Origin: Desulfobacterales bacterium
Lineage (GTDB): Bacteria > Desulfobacterota > Desulfobacteria > Desulfobacterales > UBA2174
Direction: 5' to 3'
Length of the DNA: 64,000 nucleotides
NCBI GenBank assembly: GCA_963668645.2
Contig: CAXXWC010000021.1
Span: 32,001-96,000 of the forward strand
Shown here one piece after another: positions 30,848 through 39,856 of the stretch. Under the pieces are notes generated by a model, which had not been told where the DNA came from, ran no database searches, and saw only the letters and a program-made list of their open reading frames with translations. The translations under genes were made by a program, and so were the position numbers. Numbering within the stretch: position 1 is the stretch's first letter; each line of letters starts with the position of its first letter.

Positions 30848-31993
30848 TTAACGCTTCAACTTGCCGATCACCGCAGCGGCGATCGTCTCGGTGAGATCGT
30901 TTTTGTGACCGCTGAGAATCTGCAGGGCCTTGGCATCACGGTAGCAGCGTTCCACATCGTACTCTGTGGTGAAGCCATACCCACCCAAGAGCTGGATACT
31001 CTCGCAGGAAACGTTCACGGCGGCCCGGGTCGCCGCCAGATTGGCCATCGCCGCCATCCTGGGGTCGATCTTTTCAGGATCGCTGTGAATGGCGACCTGG
31101 TAGGTCAGGCTGCGGACCTGCTCGATACAAAGCGCCATCTCGGCCAGTTTCTGGCGGGTGACCTGAAATTCGGCAATCTTGCGGCCGAACTGTTCCCGTT
31201 CTTTCACATGGGCCAAGCCCCGCTCAAAAGCGCCCTGGGCGGTGCCCAGGGCCAGGGCGGCCAGAAGCAGGTGCAGCTCCGGCAGCAGGCGCGCGGCCTG
31301 CTCCAGTCCCCGGGCCTGCCTGCCGATGAGGTTTGCCGGCGTGACATGCACCCCGTCGCAGCGGATGCGGGCCATGCCGGTCATGCGCAGCCCCAGCATC
31401 GGGGCGTCGTTCCCGGAAAGCACGCCCGGCTGGCCGCCGTCGAGCATCAGCATGCTGCAAGCGGCGGGCGCTGTATGATCCCGGCAGAGCAGAAAAAGGA
31501 CGTCGGCGTTGGCGCCATTGATGACGCCGGCCAGTTCACCGTCGAGGCACCAGGCGGCATCCGGTCCGGCTTCGTTCAAACACAGGGAGCTGTTCGGCAT
31601 CTCATCGACCACCGGGCCCAGCAGGGTGCCTGGACACGTGCGGCCTTCGAGGATCTCGGAAAGCAGCGTCGCCTGCTGCGTCGGATTGCCGAAGCGGGCC
31701 AGCCACTCGGCGGCCATTCCGGCCAGCATCAGCGCCGCTGCGGTGGTGGAATCTCTGGCTGCCAGGGTTTCGGCCACCAGGACGTTTTCGAGCCAGCCCA
31801 TCCCGCCGCCGCCAAGCTTTTCGGGCAAGTGGATGCCGATAAAGCCCAGTTCACCGGCTTTTTTCCAGATTTCATTTGGAAATTCCGCCCTCCGATCAAA
31901 CTCGCAGGCCGTATCCTTGTCGAATTCGCCCCTGGCAAATTCCATTGCCGTTTTCTGAATGACTTTCTGTGATTTGCTGAGTTGATGGGTCAT
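30848..31993 (-). CDS. Acyl-CoA dehydrogenase-like subunit with degenerate active-site motifs
   Basis: REQFGRKI and QLLGGYGF..EY.VER.YRDAK retained; TEP.AGSD and IYEGT replaced; start ATG 31993. Confidence 0.8.
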   Translation of the reverse strand: MTHQLSKSQKVIQKTAMEFARGEFDKDTACEFDRRAEFPNEIWKKAGELGFIGIHLPEKLGGGGMGWLENVLVAETLAARDSTTAAALMLAGMAAEWLARFGNPTQQATLLSEILEGRTCPGTLLGPVVDEMPNSSLCLNEAGPDAAWCLDGELAGVINGANADVLFLLCRDHTAPAACSMLMLDGGQPGVLSGNDAPMLGLRMTGMARIRCDGVHVTPANLIGRQARGLEQAARLLPELHLLLAALALGTAQGAFERGLAHVKEREQFGRKIAEFQVTRQKLAEMALCIEQVRSLTYQVAIHSDPEKIDPRMAAMANLAATRAAVNVSCESIQLLGGYGFTTEYDVERCYRDAKALQILSGHKNDLTETIAAAVIGKLKR

Positions 31994-32295
31994 GATTCTC
32001 CCGCTGATCCTTCGACGGATATGGAGGCCGACCATACGGAATGGTCCACCAATCCGAACCGTTTCAGTTCCCTGATGATGGACTGAGCCAGGCCGCTGCC
32101 TTGCGCTGCGATGCGATCCGTTGTCCACCTGAGTGCCAGCATGAAACAGCCGTCTATTGTGGCATTGTGGTAATGCAAAATCTCAGTCGGGCCGTGTACT
32201 TCCTGCGGGGGGCCGATCTGCGCGAGATAATCGCGGCAAGCGCCTGCTGCATGGCTGCCTGCGGTTTGTACCTTTATGATTTCCATCCATGGCAT
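31990..32295 (-). CDS. Small hypothetical protein leading the beta-oxidation operon
   Basis: 101-aa ORF overlapping the next start (ATGA coupling), just downstream of the sigma54 promoter. Confidence 0.6.
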   Translation of the reverse strand: MPWMEIIKVQTAGSHAAGACRDYLAQIGPPQEVHGPTEILHYHNATIDGCFMLALRWTTDRIAAQGSGLAQSIIRELKRFGLVDHSVWSASISVEGSAGES

Positions 32296-32365
32296 GGTCT
32301 CATCCTGGAATCGAATTGGCTGGCGATGTGTTAACGGTCACAAGCGTGGAATCACCGCATGTACC

Positions 32366-32381
32366 AGCAAGGGTTGTACCA
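32366..32381 (-). promoter_or_regulatory. Sigma54 -24/-12 promoter for the beta-oxidation operon
   Basis: Minus strand TGGTAC-AACCC-TTGCT; divergent bEBP gene; AT-rich intervening tract. Confidence 0.8.
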
Positions 32382-32549
32382 ACCGCTTGAAAAATTATAT
32401 TATTCCAATATATTAAATAGTTATATTATGATTGAGAAAGGAAGAGACGTTGCGGAGTTGTATATCTATCAAATACGCAGTAACAATCTATCGAATAAGA
32501 TAGGTCTCAAAAAACGATCATATTTAATAGAATCGCCCTGAAAGGCAGC

Positions 32550-34133
32550 ATGATGCCCATCGATGAAAAAGATTTCTTTCTGAATGCCACGTTGAAAATC
32601 TGCAGCAGCCTGGATATCGAAAAGGCACTCTGGCACTGCCTGCTCTTTATCCGGGATTTCATGCCGGCCAAGGACATGAGCCTGCATCTATACGACAGCA
32701 GCACCGGCGTCGCCGAGATCATCGCCCATGCCGACCGGGAGCGTTACAAGGCCCTGGCGGCCAAAGTCGCCTTGTCCGGCCAGGGCCGCAAACAGGTCGA
32801 CGCCCAGCGCTCCATCCGTGTACGGCGGGTGCCCAAGGCCGGCGATGATCCGGTGGCGGGTCCACCGGCCAAGTATGTGGGGTGCGCGGACTTGGCCTGC
32901 CTGATCATGGACCTGGTGATAGAGAAGGCCTTCATCGGTGTCGTCGCCGTCCATGGGGAGCCCGGCCGCCAGTTCGATGCGGAACACGGCCACCTGCTGT
33001 CGCTGCTAAACGAACCCTTCTCCATTGCTCTGGCCAACAACATCCGCTGGCGCGAGCTCAAGAAGCTCCAGAACATTCTGCTCGACGACAACCGCTACTA
33101 TCAGGACGAACTGCGCCGCATCACCGGCGAAGAAGTTGTGGGCGCCGATTTCGGATTACGGGAGGTCATGGATCTGGTTCGCCAGGTCGCTCCGCTGAAC
33201 AGCCCGGTATTGCTGTTGGGAGAGACCGGCGTGGGCAAGGAGCTGATTGCCAGCGCGATCCACAACCTCTCACCCCGGCGGCAAGGACCGCTGATCAAGG
33301 TCAATTGCGGTGCGATTCCCGAATCGCTGATGGACAGTGAGCTGTTTGGTCATGAAAAGGGGGCCTTCACCGGAGCGATTTCCCGCAAACGCGGGCGCTT
33401 CGAACGGGCCGCCGGAGGGACCCTCTTTCTGGACGAAATCGGCGAATTGTCCCGTGAAGCCCAGATCAGATTGCTGCGGGTGCTGCAGGAAAAGGAAATC
33501 GAGCGGGTCGGCGGCACCGAAACCATCCCGGTGGACATCCGCATCATCGCCGCTACCCATCGCAACCTGGATCAGATGATGGATGCCGGTCGTTTTCGCC
33601 ACGATCTTTTCTTCCGCCTGAAGGTCTTTCCGATCCATATCCCACCGCTACGCAGCCGCAGATCGGACATCCCGGCCCTGCTACAACATTTCATTCAGAA
33701 AAAGTGCCGTGAAATGAAACTGGAGCGAGCCCCGGCCCTGGCGCCGCAAGCTCTGGATCAGCTTCTTGCCTACCGATGGCCGGGAAATGTGCGCCAGTTG
33801 GAAAACGCCGTGGAACGGGAATTGATTTTATGCCGGGGCGAACAACTGCTTTTTCACAGCCTGAACGAAACGAATTCCGATAACCATCAATCGCCTTTCA
33901 ACCCGGCATCCCGCAAGGGCGCCTCGCAACCTGAAGATCTGATCAGCCTGGATCAGGCCATGGCCCGGCATATCCGGCAGGCATTGGCCGCTGCCGGTGG
34001 CAAGGTGGAGGGGCCGGGGGGCGCGGCTGAACTTCTGCGCATCAACCCGCGAACCTTGCGCCACAGGATGAAAAAGTTGGACGTGCCGTTTGGAAGAAAG
34101 GTGAAAGGGGGAAAATACGGTTTAACCACTTGA
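32550..34133 (+). CDS. Sigma54-dependent transcriptional activator (GAF-AAA+-HTH)
   Basis: GETGVGKE, ELFGHEKGAFTGA, LFLDEIGE, WPGNVRQL.N, C-terminal HTH. Confidence 0.95.
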   Translation: MMPIDEKDFFLNATLKICSSLDIEKALWHCLLFIRDFMPAKDMSLHLYDSSTGVAEIIAHADRERYKALAAKVALSGQGRKQVDAQRSIRVRRVPKAGDDPVAGPPAKYVGCADLACLIMDLVIEKAFIGVVAVHGEPGRQFDAEHGHLLSLLNEPFSIALANNIRWRELKKLQNILLDDNRYYQDELRRITGEEVVGADFGLREVMDLVRQVAPLNSPVLLLGETGVGKELIASAIHNLSPRRQGPLIKVNCGAIPESLMDSELFGHEKGAFTGAISRKRGRFERAAGGTLFLDEIGELSREAQIRLLRVLQEKEIERVGGTETIPVDIRIIAATHRNLDQMMDAGRFRHDLFFRLKVFPIHIPPLRSRRSDIPALLQHFIQKKCREMKLERAPALAPQALDQLLAYRWPGNVRQLENAVERELILCRGEQLLFHSLNETNSDNHQSPFNPASRKGASQPEDLISLDQAMARHIRQALAAAGGKVEGPGGAAELLRINPRTLRHRMKKLDVPFGRKVKGGKYGLTT

Positions 34134-34205
34134 ACGGACACAGGCCGGCCCAGCGATAAAAGCGCCACCATTACTGGCTCGGGCAAAACCGTCCGGGGCC
34201 GGATC

Positions 34206-34901
34206 CTACTGATAGCGTTCTTCCTTCCAGGGGTCCGCGGAGTTGCTGTAGCCTCGCGTTTCCCAATATCCCGGCTCATCACGGGAGGTGACGTTGATGC
34301 CTTCCACCCACTTGGCACTCTTATAAAGGTACCGGTCAGGGACCACCACACGCACCGGCGCGCCATGTTCCTGGGGCAATTTTTCGCCGAACAGACTATG
34401 GGCCAGGATGACGCTCTCGTTTCGGATATCACTGATGGGCACATTGCTGGTATATCCCCCGGCCGCCTCAAAAATGATAAAACCGGTATCCCCGCGTGGC
34501 CCGACCAGATCCAAGAGGGTTGCCAGCCGCACGCCCCTCCATTGGGAATCCAGAAGGGTCCAGCCGGTGACGCAGTGAATGTCGCAGGTGACATTGACCT
34601 GGTCCAGCTGGAGTAGCTCCGGGTAGGATAAAACGGCTGGCTTTTCCACCTCGCCGTGGATGCGAAGGGTCCAGTTCTGGATGGTTGCGGTTCCGGGCTT
34701 CCCTCCCATATCCCGTATCTTTTCGATGGCCAACTGCCCGGGGGGAAGGCGCGGCCGGCCGTCCGGTCTGGTCTCGGCGGCCAGAGCGCGCTGCTCGTCG
34801 TCCGAGAGCTTGATGAAAACTCCTGGCAACCCGATGCTTATGATGGTGCCGCCGGCAGCGGCCAAAAGGGCTCGTCTGGATAACTTTGGGTTCTTTTTCA
34901 T
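34206..34901 (-). CDS. Sulfite-oxidase-family molybdopterin oxidoreductase (MsrP/YedY-like) with Tat signal
   Basis: SRRALL twin-arginine motif, RLPPGQ, DIHCVTGW, HGAPVR, KSAKW, GYWE.RGY. Confidence 0.88.
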   Translation of the reverse strand: MKKNPKLSRRALLAAAGGTIISIGLPGVFIKLSDDEQRALAAETRPDGRPRLPPGQLAIEKIRDMGGKPGTATIQNWTLRIHGEVEKPAVLSYPELLQLDQVNVTCDIHCVTGWTLLDSQWRGVRLATLLDLVGPRGDTGFIIFEAAGGYTSNVPISDIRNESVILAHSLFGEKLPQEHGAPVRVVVPDRYLYKSAKWVEGINVTSRDEPGYWETRGYSNSADPWKEERYQ

Positions 34902-35256
34902 AGCCCCTCCTTTGCGGTCAATCTGCTCCGCCCTTCCCGGCCAGCCACAGGACCCGGAATGGTATCAGGCAGCAAAAAGCCGTGTGATTCTTTTCCGGTT
35001 CTGTTTTTCCCGCACGGAAAAACCCAGCCTTTTTAGCGGCACTATCAGGAATAAGCAGGGAATAAGAGTTTTGCAAGAGGAGGGGGTGATGTCTGATGAT
35101 GCGCAGGACCGGTTTCAAAGCCCTGTCTGGGGCCTGGTCCCGGTGTTTCAGGCTTCCTCAAGATGCTGACAGATGCAATTGGATGTGCCGCTATTTCGCC
35201 ATCCCGGGCCTTGACCTCGAACCCGATCCACGGTTTTCAAACCGGCAACTCCAAGG

Positions 35257-36273
35257 CTATTTTTGCGCGACGATCCCATAAAACGTACTCCCGGGCATGA
35301 ACCGATGGATTTCAATGGTGCTGAATCCACATTGCTTTAAAAGCGATGTCACCTCTTCGAGTTGCGGAAGCGGCGTGACCCCTTTGAGGGAAGCGTTGAC
35401 CAGATTGAGGTTTGCCATCCCTATGTCCTTTCCGCGGCTATTGAAACCCATTGCCACGGCCAGCACGCCTTGGGGTGCGAGCATTTCCCGAAGCGTTCGC
35501 AGCAGCTCCGGACGCTCGGTTTTCTCGAAGTAATATATGAGGTTGTAGAGCGTAATGACATCGAAAGGGTCAGTCAGTTCCCTGGAAACCGTGCGTACGT
35601 CTCCGCCAAGGATCTTGAAGCGGTCCGAAAGGCCCCAGGTCTCCATGTTGCGCTGAGCCTGCTGCACCACAGCCTCGTCGATGTCCAGCCCCACACCGGA
35701 TGCGAAGGAATTTGCATCATAGGCGCTTTTCAGCAACACCCCTGATCCGCATCCGATGTCGAAAATCCGCAGGGGATTCCTGCCCTGCACGTTCCCGGCA
35801 ATGAAGGTTCTGATGATGGGCTCGGAAATCTTTGAAAACCGAGCCACCAAATCCCCGATTCTTGCCAAATCGTCGCTGAGTTCACCGCCATAAACCCGGT
35901 CGGCCGCGTTGCGATAGGCATCGCTGTAGTAAGTGACATTGGCCTGAATCATGGCTGCCAACATGTCCCCATCGGGTCCCAGGACGGCCTTTGAACGCTT
36001 TCCGCGGATCTGGAACCGGCTGCCATTGAGCGCCAATTCTTTTGAAGCAAGGCCGACTTCCAAAAGTGCATCGAAGACTTCCGGACACTTGACATCCAGA
36101 TCCCCGATCAACTCCTCCCTGGTGCGCGGAACAGCCAGGGCCTTCAGCAGCCCGGATTCATAAGCGGCATAGATGAAATGCATCCTGATAAATGCCTGCC
36201 AGTCCGACATGATGGGAAATAACCCTGGGACCCTCATCATCCTGAGAAATGACAGAGTGTATCTTAAGTTCAT
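35257..36273 (-). CDS. Class I SAM-dependent methyltransferase with N-terminal dimerisation/wHTH region
   Basis: IFDIGCGSG, GLDID, FDVI...NLIYYF motifs. Confidence 0.85.
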   Translation of the reverse strand: MNLRYTLSFLRMMRVPGLFPIMSDWQAFIRMHFIYAAYESGLLKALAVPRTREELIGDLDVKCPEVFDALLEVGLASKELALNGSRFQIRGKRSKAVLGPDGDMLAAMIQANVTYYSDAYRNAADRVYGGELSDDLARIGDLVARFSKISEPIIRTFIAGNVQGRNPLRIFDIGCGSGVLLKSAYDANSFASGVGLDIDEAVVQQAQRNMETWGLSDRFKILGGDVRTVSRELTDPFDVITLYNLIYYFEKTERPELLRTLREMLAPQGVLAVAMGFNSRGKDIGMANLNLVNASLKGVTPLPQLEEVTSLLKQCGFSTIEIHRFMPGSTFYGIVAQK

Positions 36274-36381
36274 ATTTAAGTTCCTTATCGGTTTAATTGT
36301 TGGCTGACACGGGGCTTTCAGGTGGCTGCTGCGGACCGTCCCGCAGAAGCACGATGCTTCCCGAAATTCTGAGCTCTCCGC

Positions 36382-36843
36382 CTAAGACGGGTTTCGACAG
36401 GCGACGATATATCGATACCCATACGCAATGACCGATTCCCTCTTCTGATTGGTGACCATGCATCTAATGCCGGCGAAAGCCATATCCGGCTTGCTTTGAG
36501 AGCATTTGAGATCGGTCCACCACGCGTCGACGGAAAGCACGTCGTTCGGCCTCACCGGATTGAACATCTTGGCCTCGTACATCCCGACGCCACTCAGAAT
36601 CGCCACCTCACCGATCGCTTCCACAACACTGCGGGTACAGGCGGACATCGTGTGGAGCGATGATGCGACAAGCCCGCCAAAGATCGATCCCCTGGCTGCA
36701 TTCCGGTCGATATGGAACGGTTGCGGGTCAAATCTTGTGGCAAATTCACCCGCTATGACGCATGAATCACCGTCACACAGCAAATCTTGTGTCCCCTTAT
36801 AGTTCGCATAATATCCAACAATTTTGCCGTATTTGTGATTCAT
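36382..36843 (-). CDS. MaoC-family dehydratase with unrelated N-terminus (probable deletion chimera)
   Basis: EFATRFDPQPFHID..AA..S.FGGLVASSLHT, PVRPND; the first about 32 aa are not MaoC-like and are more AT-rich. Confidence 0.65.
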   Translation of the reverse strand: MNHKYGKIVGYYANYKGTQDLLCDGDSCVIAGEFATRFDPQPFHIDRNAARGSIFGGLVASSLHTMSACTRSVVEAIGEVAILSGVGMYEAKMFNPVRPNDVLSVDAWWTDLKCSQSKPDMAFAGIRCMVTNQKRESVIAYGYRYIVACRNPS

Positions 36844-36861
36844 TTTCCTGACGAAGTCTTA

Positions 36862-36935
36862 CTTGAACATTTCGCATAAGCGACAGGGCTGGAACCTGAG
36901 CGGAAGCCCTGTCCGCCTTCATGCGATGGTTATAT
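36862..36935 (-). repeat. Integron attC site (end of PAS cassette)
   Basis: Minus strand R'' ATATAAC ... R' GTTCAAG; arms GCATgAAG/CTTATGC with an extrahelical base; GACAGGGCT/AGCCCTGTC stem. Confidence 0.8.
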
Positions 36936-37058
36936 GACGTTTTTCAGTTATTGATTTTTCTGCATTGCATTTTTTAAATATTCATGAATGTATCAGGTAT
37001 GTTTTAAAAATATTATTTTGGTTAAACTCAAGAATAGAATAATAATCATTAATTCAGA

Positions 37059-38093
37059 TCAATCATCATAAAGATCCATATCTGGATAATATTTTTTTGC
37101 ACATTCAGGGCAGATGCCATGGGTGAAATCAACATCTGAGTGCTTCATTATGTAAGATTCGATCCGCTCCCAATATCCTTGATCATCACGAATTTTTTTA
37201 CAAATTGAACAAATCGGTAACAAACCGCTAAGTTTCTTAATTTCTATTAATGCTTTTTGAAGATCAAAGATCAGCTTTTCCCTGTCTTTTTCAATTTGCT
37301 TTAGCTTAGATATATCTCGTACAACACTGACAATTCCTATTTTCTTTCCATCCTCGTCTTTTAATAGTGATACGTTATGTTCCGACGGAAACAGCTCTCC
37401 ATTTTTTCTTTTCAATTGGAACTCGAAATTTGCTGTTTCACCACTGTCAAAAGACTCATTAATAAGTTTTTCGAATTCTTCATAATGTTGAAAATCAACA
37501 TGCAAAATTTCTGTTGATTTTTCTATAAGCTCTTCAGCTGAATATCCAAAAATTTTTTCGGCAGCATTATTTATATTTACCGAATTCCGTTCCGTTGAAA
37601 CAACGAAAACACCTTCTTCTAATGAGTTAAAAATACAACGCATCCACCTCTCAGATGCTGCTAAATCCTCTTCAAGCTGCTTCTGAGCACTAATGTCTCT
37701 GACAACCGTGCTGGTTAGCTGGTGTCCCTGAGAATCAGAAAAAATTAATGAGGATACTTCGCCTGGAAACGTTGTCCCATCTTTTTTCTTGAAGTTAAGT
37801 TCCCCCCTAAAATTGCCCGTTTTTAATCTCTCTTCAAGTGCTTTGGGTAATCTCGGATCTTTTGTCTCCAAAACAGCATCACGTCCGCCCTCTATTATTT
37901 CTTGGACAGTCATTTGAAAAAGATCACATGCTGCTTGATTGGCAAAAAACACTCTACCATCTGGTGCAGTTAAAAAAATTGCATCCATGCTATTATCAAC
38001 TATTGAACTATATCGGATAGATAGTGCATCTTTATCTGATTTTAGCTCTCTCAATATTTGCTCTAATTCTTCGTATGTGGGTTTGTTTTCCAT
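37059..38093 (-). CDS. Tandem PAS domain protein with C-terminal Cys-rich (LLPIC..CKKIRD...HGICP.C) domain; gene cassette
   Basis: Two PAS/PAC repeats (N.AA..LF, KKDG..FP.E, RDIS); AT-rich; RBS AGGAG. Confidence 0.85.
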   Translation of the reverse strand: MENKPTYEELEQILRELKSDKDALSIRYSSIVDNSMDAIFLTAPDGRVFFANQAACDLFQMTVQEIIEGGRDAVLETKDPRLPKALEERLKTGNFRGELNFKKKDGTTFPGEVSSLIFSDSQGHQLTSTVVRDISAQKQLEEDLAASERWMRCIFNSLEEGVFVVSTERNSVNINNAAEKIFGYSAEELIEKSTEILHVDFQHYEEFEKLINESFDSGETANFEFQLKRKNGELFPSEHNVSLLKDEDGKKIGIVSVVRDISKLKQIEKDREKLIFDLQKALIEIKKLSGLLPICSICKKIRDDQGYWERIESYIMKHSDVDFTHGICPECAKKYYPDMDLYDD

Positions 38094-38128
38094 CGTTTTA
38101 CTCCTGCTATTCTTGTAGCAACAAAATC

Positions 38129-39707
38129 GTAAGCGTTCACGGGGTATCCCGGAGTTACAATTCCGAAGTCTAACGTGCTGAATTCACAAGAGAAAGATAC
38201 ATTATGACATAAAGTATTGAAATTGTTAAAAAAATCTAGACATTCGTTTTCTAGTGTGATAGGCTCTTTTCCATGGAGACGAAAAGACCCTTCACAGACC
38301 TTGAATGGCATCTTACGCCGGAACCTGTCCGGCACTATATCCTTTACCTCGAGCAGGCTTTGCATAATCTGCAGAAGCAAGTTGACGATTACGGCAAGCG
38401 AATCGAAAAGCTGGAGGTGAAGACCCGGGAAAATTCTCGAAACTCCAGCAAGCCGCCGTCATCCGACAGCCCGTTTGACCGATCCGGCCGGAAGAATGGA
38501 AAAAAAGGAAGTCGCCCCAAGGGCGGCCAGAAAGGCCATAAGGCCTACAAGCAGCAAATGCTGAGTCCAAATAAATCTCATGCGTTGATGCCCGAACGCT
38601 GTCGTTGCGGCAACACCGACTTCGGAGGAAGCCGGATGGAACCGTTTTATACCCATCAGCATATCGAGCTGCCCGAAATCCAAATGGAGATCAGCCATTT
38701 TATACTTCACCGCTGCGACTGTCCCAGCTGTGGGAAAACTGTCAAGGCCGTGCTGCCCGAGCCGGTTCGCTATGGATACGGTCCGCGATTGAGTGCGTTG
38801 ATCGCCGAGTTGAGCGGCATCAAGGCGATGAGCCGAAACGATGTCAAGCATATATGCGAATCGGTTCTGCGTATGCCCATCGCCACGGGCACCATTCAGA
38901 AAATCGTCGACCGGGCTTCGGAGGCCATTACTCCGGCATACAAAGCCATCGGGGACGTGGCCCGCAGTTCGCTGTGCAATTACATTGACGAGACGTCCTG
39001 GTTTAACCAAAACGGCCTTCAGTGGCTGTGGGCCATGGTCAATGATCGGGTGGCCTTCTATCGTATCGATGCCCACCGTTCCAAGGATGCCTTCAACCAG
39101 CTGATCCAGGATTGGCGAGGAATTCTGGTCAGCGACTCCTACGGCCTATACCGAAACTGGGTTCATGGGCGCCAAACTTGTCTTGCCCATCTGATCCGCA
39201 AGGCCGATGCCTTGTGCGAGAGGAAAAAACCTGATCTACGACGCTTCGGGCACATCATGGCATCCTTGCTTCGGCAGTTGATTCAATTTGCCAAAGATCC
39301 ACCGCCGCCGCGACAATGGCAGCAGTATTACGCACAACTGTTGTTCGCGCTGTCTCTGTGGGAGCCCGATAAATCCGACGCTGGCCAGCTGGCTCGACAG
39401 ATTTTACGCGAAATCGACTCGCTTTGGTTCTTCATCGAACACGAGGGCGTGGAGCCGACCAACAACCGGGCCGAACGGGCGCTTCGCTTCGGGGTTTTGT
39501 GGCGAAAGCGCAGCCTCGGCACCCAAAGTGAAAAAGGAAATCGCTGGGTAGAACGTATCCTCTCCCTGAAGGAAACTTGTCGGTTAAAAGCGAAATCAAC
39601 CTTCCAGACCCTGGAACTCTGCATCGAATCGTTCTTCAACAACGACAAGCCCGATCTGTCTTGGATATAGCTCAGACCACGGTTTCCTTTACCCCGTGAA
39701 CGCTTAC
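38129..39707 (+). mobile_element. IS66 family element, single-ORF (ISBst12-like) type
   Basis: Perfect 18-bp TIR GTAAGCGTTCACGGGGTA; 8-bp target duplication ACAAAATC (38121-38128, 39708-39715). Confidence 0.95.
38273..39670 (+). CDS. tnpC: IS66 transposase
   Basis: NSSKPPSSD, GGQKGH, zinc finger, IDETSW, LVSD.Y..Y, QTCLAHL.R, PTNNRAERALR. Confidence 0.93.
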   Translation: METKRPFTDLEWHLTPEPVRHYILYLEQALHNLQKQVDDYGKRIEKLEVKTRENSRNSSKPPSSDSPFDRSGRKNGKKGSRPKGGQKGHKAYKQQMLSPNKSHALMPERCRCGNTDFGGSRMEPFYTHQHIELPEIQMEISHFILHRCDCPSCGKTVKAVLPEPVRYGYGPRLSALIAELSGIKAMSRNDVKHICESVLRMPIATGTIQKIVDRASEAITPAYKAIGDVARSSLCNYIDETSWFNQNGLQWLWAMVNDRVAFYRIDAHRSKDAFNQLIQDWRGILVSDSYGLYRNWVHGRQTCLAHLIRKADALCERKKPDLRRFGHIMASLLRQLIQFAKDPPPPRQWQQYYAQLLFALSLWEPDKSDAGQLARQILREIDSLWFFIEHEGVEPTNNRAERALRFGVLWRKRSLGTQSEKGNRWVERILSLKETCRLKAKSTFQTLELCIESFFNNDKPDLSWI

Positions 39708-39856
39708 ACAAAATCAATGTTACCTGCACTAAACTTGAATCCCAAAATATTTAACAATACGGGTAGTATTTATAAGTGATATAGATCGTGTTTTTAAGCC
39801 ATTAACTCGGGCATCAGCGGCGCGGCTCCGCCGCGTCCGCCTGGATGAGCGTGGTT

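Noticed and set aside
35041..36381. Methyltransferase gene as an additional integron cassette
   Set aside because: Co-oriented with the array, but no attC found on either side
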